This document shows positions 17,461 through 26,239 of a stretch of 32,000 nt of DNA, in pieces (positions within the stretch are counted from its first letter, which is position 1; the number at the start of each line of letters is the position of its first letter). Source of the stretch: Candidatus Hermodarchaeota archaeon (GTDB taxonomy: Archaea > Asgardarchaeota > Heimdallarchaeia > Hodarchaeales > Hodarchaeaceae); contig JBHLKY010000005.1 in NCBI GenBank assembly GCA_048886185.1, forward strand, positions 1 to 32,000, written 5' to 3'. The notes beneath the pieces were generated by a model. It was given only the letters and a program-made list of their open reading frames with translations. It was not told the DNA's origin and searched no databases. The position numbers and the translations under genes are program-made.

Positions 17461-17780
17461 TTCTTATCTACCGCTGGAAACTATAGAAGCCTGCAAAAGT
17501 AACTCGAATTTAACTCTTGCTTTTCGATCTTCTCTTATCTTCATTTATGTCAGATGTGAATGAGAATTATCGTCCAATTATTCTCAATCAACTCAAAGTC
17601 ACAATTAGAAAAGAAATATTAAATCAGAGCCAAAGAGTGTAATTTTAAGAAAAATAATTTATAATTCAGCTTTTGCTGACTAGAAAATAACATCATGTTT
17701 CATTACGAATGAATAAGACATTTTTTAGTAATTTGATGTAAATTTCAAGTAAATTAGCAATTAAGGATGATCTAAGAGTA

Positions 17781-18362
17781 ATGAGATGTCATATACACTG
17801 TTTAAAAAGAGGATTAAATCAGTTTGAAGATAATACTGCTTTTAAATCTCAGTTAAAGTCAAAAATCTCATTCCAAAATAAACAAAATATTCTATCTGAA
17901 ATAGAAGATCATTTAAGAGAATTTCGAATGAACCTAACACATCTAAAAGATAAACCAGTTAGTTATATAATGGGAAATCTATCCCACATTTTGGGGTACG
18001 GTTTAGGAAGTACGCCTCAATCTGATGATATTTTTTTGGGAATTTTGGCTGCAATTTATTGTTTAAATAATCATGTACAATCAGAATTCGAATTTCTATC
18101 CAAATTACCTTTTGAAAGATTTACGACGTCTGAATCAGCACAATTATGTCGTAACTTCTTACACCAGAATTTTCCTTCTGAAATTATTCCCTTTCTTGAG
18201 CTATTAAAGGATCCACTGAACGATAATTATGCAAAATTTCGTTTTGAAGAAGAGATTCACAAAATAAATTCAATTGGAACTTCAAGTGGATATTATTTCT
18301 TACTAGGAGTGTTATGGGAATTAGAATATGATTTTAATTGCTACAGTAAGCAACAAGAGTAG
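17781..18362 (+). CDS. DUF2877 (YlbE/AllH-like) family protein, probably 5'-truncated or decaying
   Basis: GYGLGSTPQSDDIFLG resembles the DUF2877 G.G.GLTPSGDD..G motif; FTTSES and IGTSSG...LLG resemble downstream motifs. The frame continues upstream through a TAA at 17739-17741 to an ATG at 17709. Confidence 0.55.
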   Translation: MRCHIHCLKRGLNQFEDNTAFKSQLKSKISFQNKQNILSEIEDHLREFRMNLTHLKDKPVSYIMGNLSHILGYGLGSTPQSDDIFLGILAAIYCLNNHVQSEFEFLSKLPFERFTTSESAQLCRNFLHQNFPSEIIPFLELLKDPLNDNYAKFRFEEEIHKINSIGTSSGYYFLLGVLWELEYDFNCYSKQQE

Positions 18363-18386
18363 TACATAATCTTTCAGGTGTATCAA

Positions 18387-19151
18387 TTATAGGATGGAAT
18401 CAAAATATTGCATTAATGAATCGAGAAGATTCTCAAGAGTCCCTATGTGATCAGCTGCTAAATTCATATTTTCAAAAACAGGATCAGTTTGAATTATTTC
18501 AGTAAAAGCTCGGCCATCTGATTTAATTAAAAAAGTCTTCATTCCAAGCTTCCCAGCTATCATATCATTAATGGGATCATCACCAATCATCATACATTCA
18601 GAAGGTTTTTTATTGATTCTATCTAATAATTCTTCATAAAATTCTAGATGAGGCTTAGCAAAATGATAATCATCTGCTGAAGTAATTTCAAGCCATGGAA
18701 ATGCACTTAGACCAGCCATTCTGAACCTCTTCTCATTCGCTATAGCTGGAAAAAGTGGATTTGTCGCTGCAACTAAAGAAAAGTGTTCTGCTGCAAGTGT
18801 TAGTAGATCTTTTGCAGTTTTTGGTAGAATCATTATTTGACACACCTGTTTCCAATCTGTTTCATAAAATTGTTTGAATCGCTCTATAATCTCTGTTATA
18901 GAGATTTTTGTTCTTGAATTGAAATCAATAGCAAATTTTGTCAAATTGTCATAGTTGGAATTTTCTATCTTCGTCATTTCGTTTGTAGACGCCAAAAAAA
19001 ACTCCAAGAACTTCTCAAACTCAGGAACTTCTTTTTTAAAAAAGTTATGGATTAAATTCGCATAGATGTGAAAAAATTCTCGATCATCAAATATCAGGAG
19101 AGTGTGATCAATATCAAATAACAGAGTGGTAATCTGTGAGAAATCTATCAA
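18387..19151 (-). CDS. HAD-family hydrolase
   Basis: LLFDIDHTL, ATNPLFP, AKPHLEFY, MIGDDPINDMIAG. TTG start at 19151 with GAGG RBS preferred over the ORF-track start at 19247. Confidence 0.9.
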   Translation of the reverse strand: MIDFSQITTLLFDIDHTLLIFDDREFFHIYANLIHNFFKKEVPEFEKFLEFFLASTNEMTKIENSNYDNLTKFAIDFNSRTKISITEIIERFKQFYETDWKQVCQIMILPKTAKDLLTLAAEHFSLVAATNPLFPAIANEKRFRMAGLSAFPWLEITSADDYHFAKPHLEFYEELLDRINKKPSECMMIGDDPINDMIAGKLGMKTFLIKSDGRAFTEIIQTDPVFENMNLAADHIGTLENLLDSLMQYFDSIL

Positions 19152-19286
19152 GTTTCCTCGCCAAGAAATTTTATGAGAAAGGGATTTAAAGGTATAAGAC
19201 CTCACATTGCAAATAATTTTTATTCCCTTTGTAAACTGGCAGCTCATGTTTGAGAAAAAGACACATCAATCAAAGGAGTGATAATT

Positions 19287-20843
19287 ATGTCACAACCCCT
19301 TCCAATTAAGAAACCTTCGGATATAAGAGAGTTTGTTGTAGAACAAGCTGAAATTTTTCCAAAACAGACTGTCATTTTGTCTCCAGACTCGGATTTATTC
19401 AGGGGATCCTTTAGAAATCCTCAACTACAATTAATGAGTGATAAACGAACTATATTCACAGAACATATTGTACTTTCGGATCATGTTCCTGTTGGAGAGA
19501 TTTGGGCTTCAGCAGATTTGATGGCTGAACTTGAAATTGAAGAAGGCACAAAGATTCAAGTTTTACCACTTAGTAGAACTCCTCCAGATAGTTATTGGTT
19601 GATTAGACAACGTATGATACAAAAACGCCCTTTTAAACAGAATGAAATCACAATGATAGTTAATGATATAGCTCACCATCGTCTTAGTCAATTAGAAAAA
19701 ACAGCATTCGTTCTTTCCCAAGTTTTTGATCCTTATAGCATGGATGAGATTGAGGAATTATCAAGAGCAATGGCCCAAACTGGGGAAATAATTGATTTTG
19801 GTCAAGAGACTACTTTTGGAAAACACAGTACAGGAGGAGTACCAGGAAACAAGGTGTCTCTTTTAATCGTCCCCATCATTGCCTCCGCGGGATTACTTAT
19901 ACCTAAGACAAGTAGTCGCGCAATAACGAGCCCATCGGGGACTGCTGATACAATGGAGGCATTTGGATGTGATGTGGTATTTTCTGCTGAGGAATTGGTT
20001 GAAATTTCTCAAAAAACTCGTGGAATGATAGTTTGGGGAGGAGGATTTAATTTAGCTCCCGCTGATGATATCCTCATCAGGGACGTTGAGTTTCCTTTGG
20101 GAGTTAATCCTACTTCAATGATGCTTGCTTCTATTATGTCAAAGAAGTTAGCAACTGGTATTCATTTCCTAGTGATGGATTTGCCGACAGGACACGGTAC
20201 AAAGATCGCAGATATAGGTACGGCACAAGCACTTGGACGTGATTTTGCTGAACTCGGTCGTAGATTAGGGATTCGTGTTGAAAGCGGAATCACATTTGGA
20301 GCACACCCCGTGGGACATTCTGTTGGATCTGCACTTGAAGCAAGAGAAGCATTACTTACATTGATGAATCCTAAAGAAGGACCGTCCTCTCTTGTCGAAA
20401 AATCTTGTGAGTTATCTGGAATTCTACTTGAAATGGCAGGTAAAGCTCTACGAGGTCAGGGAAGAGAGTTAGCTAAGCAAATACTTTACAAAGGACAAGC
20501 TTTAGAAAAATTCCGTGAAATCCTTGAAGCTCAAGGTGGTAATAGGGCGATAAAACCTGAAGATATTCCTGTTGGGGAACATTACTGTGAAATTTTATCA
20601 CCATCAAGTGGTTGGATTGTCCAAATAGATAATGTGAAAATAGCAGAGATTGCAAGAACAGCTGGATGTCCAAAAGATAAAGGTGCTGGAATATTCTTTC
20701 TTAAAAAGAAAGATGCTGTTCAACGTGGAGAATCTCTCATTCGTATTCATTCTTCATCGGAATCCCGTTTATCAGCAGCAGAAGGAAAATTTGCTAAATT
20801 AAATCCAATCACAATTGAGGGGATGCTTATTGGACGGGTTTAA
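19287..20843 (+). CDS. AMP phosphorylase / thymidine phosphorylase family protein, copy 1 (full length with N-terminal domain; Asn at the proton-donor position)
   Basis: KHSTGGVPGNK, PKTSSRAITSPSGTAD, LASIMSKK, DLPTGHGTK, C-terminal ITIEGMLIGRV. ATG 19287 with GGAGTG RBS; the ORF track starts at GTG 19278. Confidence 0.92.
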   Translation: MSQPLPIKKPSDIREFVVEQAEIFPKQTVILSPDSDLFRGSFRNPQLQLMSDKRTIFTEHIVLSDHVPVGEIWASADLMAELEIEEGTKIQVLPLSRTPPDSYWLIRQRMIQKRPFKQNEITMIVNDIAHHRLSQLEKTAFVLSQVFDPYSMDEIEELSRAMAQTGEIIDFGQETTFGKHSTGGVPGNKVSLLIVPIIASAGLLIPKTSSRAITSPSGTADTMEAFGCDVVFSAEELVEISQKTRGMIVWGGGFNLAPADDILIRDVEFPLGVNPTSMMLASIMSKKLATGIHFLVMDLPTGHGTKIADIGTAQALGRDFAELGRRLGIRVESGITFGAHPVGHSVGSALEAREALLTLMNPKEGPSSLVEKSCELSGILLEMAGKALRGQGRELAKQILYKGQALEKFREILEAQGGNRAIKPEDIPVGEHYCEILSPSSGWIVQIDNVKIAEIARTAGCPKDKGAGIFFLKKKDAVQRGESLIRIHSSSESRLSAAEGKFAKLNPITIEGMLIGRV

Positions 20844-21168
20844 TATAGAAAAGTACTAAGGTTTATTCTAGCCCAGATTCAAAGCTATCTTAATTCATGG
20901 GATTTTCAATCAAAGAATTACTTCTTACACATCTAAGGAATTTTTATGCTTTTTACTTAGCTGTACATGTTACATGATTTTTTTCTTTGTATATAAAAAT
21001 ATAAATAGATGTAGAGATGGTTTAATAATAAACCTTCAGTATGGAAATCTTCATTTATAGGCTGTTTAATCTCTAAGTGGATATTATTCAGAATCTATAT
21101 TAAAATTATTACTAAAGGAGCAGATATTATCACCAAACATAACCTTAAGAATTTTAAGAAGTGATGTA

Positions 21169-22467
21169 ATGAAATCAAAGACTCTGGAACTAAAACCATC
21201 TTATAATACTAGTACTCATCGGCTTATAATAGAGAAAGTTAAAGATAAAACGAAAATTTTCAATAAAGAAGATATCGATCAAATAACACAGGGTTTTATG
21301 GATTCAAATATTTCCAGTCATCACGGTACCGCTTTTGTGTTATCTCAACATTTTACCCAATATACATTAGATGAAATTGAAGCGATGGCACGATCATTTG
21401 CTGAATCAGGACGAATTTTTGATTTTACTGGGCCTACGTTCGCAAAACACTCTTTAGGGGGCGTTCCAGGTAACAAGATCACTCTACTAATCGTTCCAAT
21501 TTTAGCAGCTGCAGGTCTTTTAATACCTAAGACATCCACACATGCAATCACTTCCGCAAGTGGTACAGCTGATAGTATGGGTGTTCTTGCTCCTGTTGAT
21601 ATAAAAGCTGATGAGGTGATCGAAATTGTTAATAAAACAAAGGCATGTATTGTAACAGGTCGAGAGATGGGGATAGCACCAGTTGTCGATAAGATCATTC
21701 AAAATGCGGCTTTCCCGTTAGGAATAGATCCTGTAAGTCTTATGTTTGCAGGGATTTTAGCAAAAAAACTTGCTATGGGTGTTGATTTTTTAGTCTTGGA
21801 TGTACCAATTGGAACAGAAAAAGTTTCTACAGAAGAAGAGGGGCGTTTACTAGCTAGACAGTTCGTTGATCTAGCACATCGATTAGGGATCAAAGCAGAG
21901 GCAGCATTGACATATGCAGCTGTTCCTGTGGGCCACACAATCGGTCCATTACTAGAAGCAAGAGAAGCTCTAGAGGCACTAGAAGGAAAAGGACCCACTT
22001 CATTAGTGGAGAAAAGTTGTGAGTTATCAGGGATTGTTTTTGAATTGGCTGGAATGACTCCTAGAGGATTTGGAAAACAATATGCATCTGAGTTGTTGAG
22101 AAGTGGTAAAGCCCTGCAAAAAATGCGAGAAATAATCGGAGCTCAAGGTGGAGATTCGACGGTTACTCCTGCAGACCTATCCCAGAAACTCAAGGATCGT
22201 CCAGTTTTGGAATATAAAGCTCCTTCAGATGGATGGCCTCATACTTGGTCAACATATGCTTTGAAAGAAATAGCTAGAACTGCTGGGGCTCCACGAGATC
22301 CTTGCGCAGGAATTGAAATATTAGCTAAGAAAGAATCTGTCCGAAAAGGGGACATTGTTTTTAGGGTTTATGGTTCATCAGAATCTGCGCTCGATGAAGT
22401 CCGAGGATTGATTGCAAAATTACGACCAGTAATAATTGAGTCAGTGCTTTTGGAACGAATTGCTTGA
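21169..22467 (+). CDS. AMP phosphorylase / thymidine phosphorylase family protein, copy 2 (lacks the N-terminal domain; altered substrate-binding motifs)
   Basis: KHSLGGVPGNK, PKTSTHAITSASGTAD, LGIDP, AGILAKK, C-terminal VIIESVLLERIA. 432 aa, collinear with copy 1 from about residue 95 onward. Confidence 0.9.
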   Translation: MKSKTLELKPSYNTSTHRLIIEKVKDKTKIFNKEDIDQITQGFMDSNISSHHGTAFVLSQHFTQYTLDEIEAMARSFAESGRIFDFTGPTFAKHSLGGVPGNKITLLIVPILAAAGLLIPKTSTHAITSASGTADSMGVLAPVDIKADEVIEIVNKTKACIVTGREMGIAPVVDKIIQNAAFPLGIDPVSLMFAGILAKKLAMGVDFLVLDVPIGTEKVSTEEEGRLLARQFVDLAHRLGIKAEAALTYAAVPVGHTIGPLLEAREALEALEGKGPTSLVEKSCELSGIVFELAGMTPRGFGKQYASELLRSGKALQKMREIIGAQGGDSTVTPADLSQKLKDRPVLEYKAPSDGWPHTWSTYALKEIARTAGAPRDPCAGIEILAKKESVRKGDIVFRVYGSSESALDEVRGLIAKLRPVIIESVLLERIA

Positions 22468-22539
22468 AAATTCTTAAGCATTTTAAGTTCATAACCAAAC
22501 GAATATCAAAGCCATAATTAGTCAATAAGTGAAAAAAGG

Positions 22540-23670
22540 ATGAAGAATAATTCTGGATCAGAAATATCTGCATTTAAATCCGCATATCACCTTTTAATTC
22601 GAACAGCTAAACGTTCTGTCAATACAATCAATCAGGAACCTCATAATCTTGCACTTTTTTGTAGAACACTTTCAAATGCACTTGAAGATGAAGATAAAGT
22701 AATTCATGTTGCAGGAGTAGGGCTATCTAAGCAAATAGGTATGATACTTGGTGAAAGCTTAAAGAATATCGGTTTTTCAAATCGTGTTTCATACCTAGGT
22801 GATGTTCTCGCGTTACCTATTAAAAAGGATGATGTAATGATTGCAATAACTGGTTCTGGATGGACCACACCCACTACAACTGTTCTTGAGGAAGCTGTTT
22901 GGAAGAAAGCTAAGGTTTTGACCTTTACTGGATTTTCTGACTCCAAAGCTGCAAAATTATCTGAAGCAACAATTCAAAGCCCATTAGGATTTAAACTAGA
23001 AGATCAGCTCTCCCCATATACTAGTAAACCTGCCCCCCTTTCACCTCTAGGAACAATTTTCGAGCTAACTACATTTATTATTGGACTTGGGATTATAAAT
23101 GGTGTCTACAAAGGCTCCTGCACTAAAGGATTTAATGAAGGAACTAATAATATCTTAAAAGCAGCAGAACAGTCATTTGAAAATTTAACGAAAGAAGTTA
23201 AGTTATTTGACTGCATTAAGGTATTAAGTGATTATTATAGAAAAAGTAAATCTAAAATCTTCTTCTATGGCAATGGATTAGAAGAAGTTATCGTCTCAAT
23301 GTGTTCGAGTCGATTTCAATCGTTGGGAATGAATATCCATTCAATGGCAGATTGGCGTTTTCGTAGAGAGAAGGATTTACTAATAGTGTTTTCTGGTAGT
23401 GGAGACTCACCGATTACATCAGTTATCATCGAAAGCGCCAAAACCAGTGGGATGTTTGTGTTTGGTATTACTTCATTTCCTCAATCTCGATTAGCATTAA
23501 AATCAGACAATTTTTTGATCATACAAGGTAGAAAGGAAAGAATAGATAACGAAAAGCTTCAATTAATCCATTCAAGGATGTATCTACCAATATTTGAATA
23601 TATCATTACTGTTACACTTGAAGCTATTATAGCTCAACTTGTTGTTAATCTAGGTATACCAGAAACTTAG
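22540..23670 (+). CDS. Tandem SIS-domain protein (HxlB / 6-phospho-3-hexuloisomerase-like, degenerate)
   Basis: Two repeats of the HxlB pattern: HVAGVGLS...DDVMIAITGSGWT...LTFTGFSDSKAAKLS...PLGTIFE and FFYGNGLE...DLLIVFSGSGDS...FGITSFPQSRLALKSD...PIFE. Confidence 0.8.
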   Translation: MKNNSGSEISAFKSAYHLLIRTAKRSVNTINQEPHNLALFCRTLSNALEDEDKVIHVAGVGLSKQIGMILGESLKNIGFSNRVSYLGDVLALPIKKDDVMIAITGSGWTTPTTTVLEEAVWKKAKVLTFTGFSDSKAAKLSEATIQSPLGFKLEDQLSPYTSKPAPLSPLGTIFELTTFIIGLGIINGVYKGSCTKGFNEGTNNILKAAEQSFENLTKEVKLFDCIKVLSDYYRKSKSKIFFYGNGLEEVIVSMCSSRFQSLGMNIHSMADWRFRREKDLLIVFSGSGDSPITSVIIESAKTSGMFVFGITSFPQSRLALKSDNFLIIQGRKERIDNEKLQLIHSRMYLPIFEYIITVTLEAIIAQLVVNLGIPET

Positions 23671-23741
23671 AACTGAGTTCTTCCTTTCTTTAATCAGCTT
23701 CCTAAAAAATCGTTGGTCTCTTATAATAGATAAAAACGATT

Positions 23742-24131
23742 TCATATCATGCCAGAGAGCTTCTTTGCGGCTCTTTTCATATCAAGTAAAACTAATCCAA
23801 GTTTTGCATCTACTCTTGCAATCCCCACTAGAACTGCATGTTCTCCAGCATCACGAATTATTACTAATCCATTTGATCCAGTAATAATTAATTGTTCCAT
23901 TATTCCCCTCTCCAATTCTTGGACGACACGTTCTGAAAGGGATAGACTTGCTGCTGTCATCGCAGATATTCGATCTTCATCCGTATTTGTATATAGGGCA
24001 CTAGCAATTGGGAGTCCATCTCTAGTTACTACTGCTAATCCTTCAAGATCAGGTATCCGGCCTTGAACTTCGCGAAGAATTCGTTCTATTTGTTGTAACC
24101 GATCCATGATCTCAGCGTCATCATTTAGCAT
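23742..24131 (-). CDS. Roadblock/LC7 (MglB/LAMTOR-like) domain protein
   Basis: LEGLAVVTRDGLPIAS...DEDRISAMTAASLSLSERVVQELERG.MEQLIITGSNG...DAGEHAVL...AKLGLVLLDMKRAAKKL is a typical roadblock pattern. Confidence 0.95.
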   Translation of the reverse strand: MLNDDAEIMDRLQQIERILREVQGRIPDLEGLAVVTRDGLPIASALYTNTDEDRISAMTAASLSLSERVVQELERGIMEQLIITGSNGLVIIRDAGEHAVLVGIARVDAKLGLVLLDMKRAAKKLSGMI

Positions 24132-24561
24132 AGCTTACACCAGAAAGTTGGATTAAAATATTATACCCTGTATCCTAATATTAATTTTTCCCTCTTAAAT
24201 TAGTATGCTAATATGTTGAGATTATACTGGTATATCTTAAATGATGGTTCCCTCTCCTCAAAATTATGTTAATAAAAAGAATTAATACGTTATCAAGAAA
24301 ATTAAGGTTTCTAAGGATGATATTTTCTTTTCATAATATCTTCTATTGGATAGGAAGAATATTTCCCTCTGAACAAAATATTCCCAACTCCTTTGATTGT
24401 TGAAAGAGTATATACTTAGATTTCAGTATAAAAGATGGTTTTCTCTTATTAAAATCATTATGCTTAAATACTTCTAATTTAAGGAATGTTAATAAATTAT
24501 CTTATTTAGGAGCATTTCACATTATCCAACTCATTAGTATTTGCTTGAAAGGTGAAATAAA

Positions 24562-24978
24562 GTGAAAGGTAACGAAAAAATGGCAGTTTATCTGGGTACA
24601 TTCATTTTCGTAATTGTGGGATACATTGTTTCTTACTTTCTTGTTGATCTACTTTCAGACATGGACATTAACCTCCTCCCGTCTATTATTGCAGCTATTG
24701 GATGGTTCTTAATCTGTTGGTTAACGAACTTCGGATCAACACGTTGGCTTGAAAGTGGTGAAAAAGTCGGAATTCTATCAATATTCTTCTTCATTTTATG
24801 GTTAATTGCCACTGTAGCAACTGTTATTGCATTCATTGTTATAACTCTCCTAGAAGGAAATGCTGCAATTATTGATATAGACCTTCTGGTAGATCAATTC
24901 TTCTTCTGGATGCCTTATGCAATTGGTCCAGCTATAGCAGCATTACTTGGTGTAAGCAATAAAGCATCAACAAGATAA
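24562..24978 (+). CDS. Hypothetical four-TM membrane protein
   Basis: Four hydrophobic segments; GGTGA RBS; alternative start ATG 24580. Confidence 0.7.
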   Translation: MKGNEKMAVYLGTFIFVIVGYIVSYFLVDLLSDMDINLLPSIIAAIGWFLICWLTNFGSTRWLESGEKVGILSIFFFILWLIATVATVIAFIVITLLEGNAAIIDIDLLVDQFFFWMPYAIGPAIAALLGVSNKASTR

Positions 24979-25031
24979 TTTAACTAATTTTTCAATTCAA
25001 AATTCATTACCTTTTATTATGTGGTATTATA

Positions 25032-26225
25032 ATGACTCAATTAGATGAGATAGTAATTGTATCAGCTGTTCGAACAGCTATTGGTGACTTTGGTGGTACT
25101 CTTAAAGATTTTCGGGCCCCTGATTTAGCTGCTGTGACTATGAAAGCAGCAATTGAACGTACAGGGTTTCAAGAACTTGTAAATCTGCTAGATGACGTAA
25201 GATTTGGTTGTTGTATCGAAGATAACCGCTATATGAATGTAGCACGAATAGCAGCGTTAAGAGCAAATATTCCGAAAGAGGTTCCAGCAGTTACAATAAA
25301 CCGTGTATGTACATCTGCGATGGAAGCAATAGTATCGGGGATGCATCAAATCCGAAGTGATGATACACAAGAAATAATTTTAGCAGGGGGAGTTGAAAGC
25401 ATGTCAACGATTCCTTATCTTTCATATGATATGCGTTGGGGGTCACGATACTTCGACAAAAAGATGATTGACGGTGTGATGGAAGGATTAAAGGCAGGTG
25501 GGGATAAATTAATGGGATTAACTGCTGAAATTCTAGCTGAAGAATTTAAAATGACACGGGAAGAATTAGATGAAATTGCCTTACGATCCCACATCAATGC
25601 ACTTAATGCAATAAAGACAGGTAAATTTAAAGATGAGATTGTCCCAATAAAGGTGCAAACTAAAAAAGGATCAATAAACTTTGATACTGATGAACATCCA
25701 AGAGAAGTTACACTAGAAGAATTAGCTGAAATGCCTCCAGTATTTAAGGAAGGGGGAATAGTGACAGCTGGTAACTCTTCAGGAATAAATGATGGGGCTG
25801 CAGCAGTAATAATCATGAGTCAATCTAGAGCTGATGATTTAGGGATTAAACCACTAGCTAAAATAGTGGGTTATGGCATCGCTGGAGTTGAACCTGATCG
25901 AATGGGAGTAGGCCCGATTCCAGCAACAAATAATCTGTTTTCTAAATTTATGGACTATTCTCTTGATGATGTCCAATTGATTGAAGTTAATGAAGCATTT
26001 GCAGCTACTTATTTAGCATCAGAACGAGTTCTTAATTTAGACAGAAACATCACAAATGTAAATGGTTCAGGAATAGGATTAGGGCATCCTGTAGGATGTA
26101 CAGGGACACGAATCGTCGTAACATTACTTCATGAGATGAAAAGAAGGCAAAACTCCCTCGGTCTTAGTACTCTATGTGGAGGAGGTGGATTAGGTATGTC
26201 ACTCTTACTATCTCGTGATGTGTGA
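25032..26225 (+). CDS. Thiolase (acetyl-CoA C-acetyltransferase)
   Basis: VSAVRTAIG, NRVCTSA, AGGVESMS, TAGNSSGINDGAAA, NEAFA, GHPVGCTG, LCGGGGLG. Confidence 0.96.
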   Translation: MTQLDEIVIVSAVRTAIGDFGGTLKDFRAPDLAAVTMKAAIERTGFQELVNLLDDVRFGCCIEDNRYMNVARIAALRANIPKEVPAVTINRVCTSAMEAIVSGMHQIRSDDTQEIILAGGVESMSTIPYLSYDMRWGSRYFDKKMIDGVMEGLKAGGDKLMGLTAEILAEEFKMTREELDEIALRSHINALNAIKTGKFKDEIVPIKVQTKKGSINFDTDEHPREVTLEELAEMPPVFKEGGIVTAGNSSGINDGAAAVIIMSQSRADDLGIKPLAKIVGYGIAGVEPDRMGVGPIPATNNLFSKFMDYSLDDVQLIEVNEAFAATYLASERVLNLDRNITNVNGSGIGLGHPVGCTGTRIVVTLLHEMKRRQNSLGLSTLCGGGGLGMSLLLSRDV

Positions 26226-26239
26226 GGATCCACGAGTAG

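Noticed and set aside
19287-22467. Recent segmental duplication or mobile-element-driven repeat
   Set aside because: The paralogs are similar at protein level but clearly diverged in nucleotide sequence; no terminal repeats or transposase.
24132-24561. Possible ncRNA or hairpin in the long AT-rich gap (e.g. tcttctat-tgg-ataggaaga)
   Set aside because: Short, imperfect and low in GC; no tRNA or known RNA features; two divergent promoters explain the gap.
20473-25816. ORFs 20473-20673, 21345-21698, 21520-21702, 21699-21998, 22361-22573, 22704-22946, 23749-24066, 24633-24836 and 25415-25816
   Set aside because: Antisense shadows of the phosphorylase, SIS, roadblock, membrane-protein and thiolase genes.
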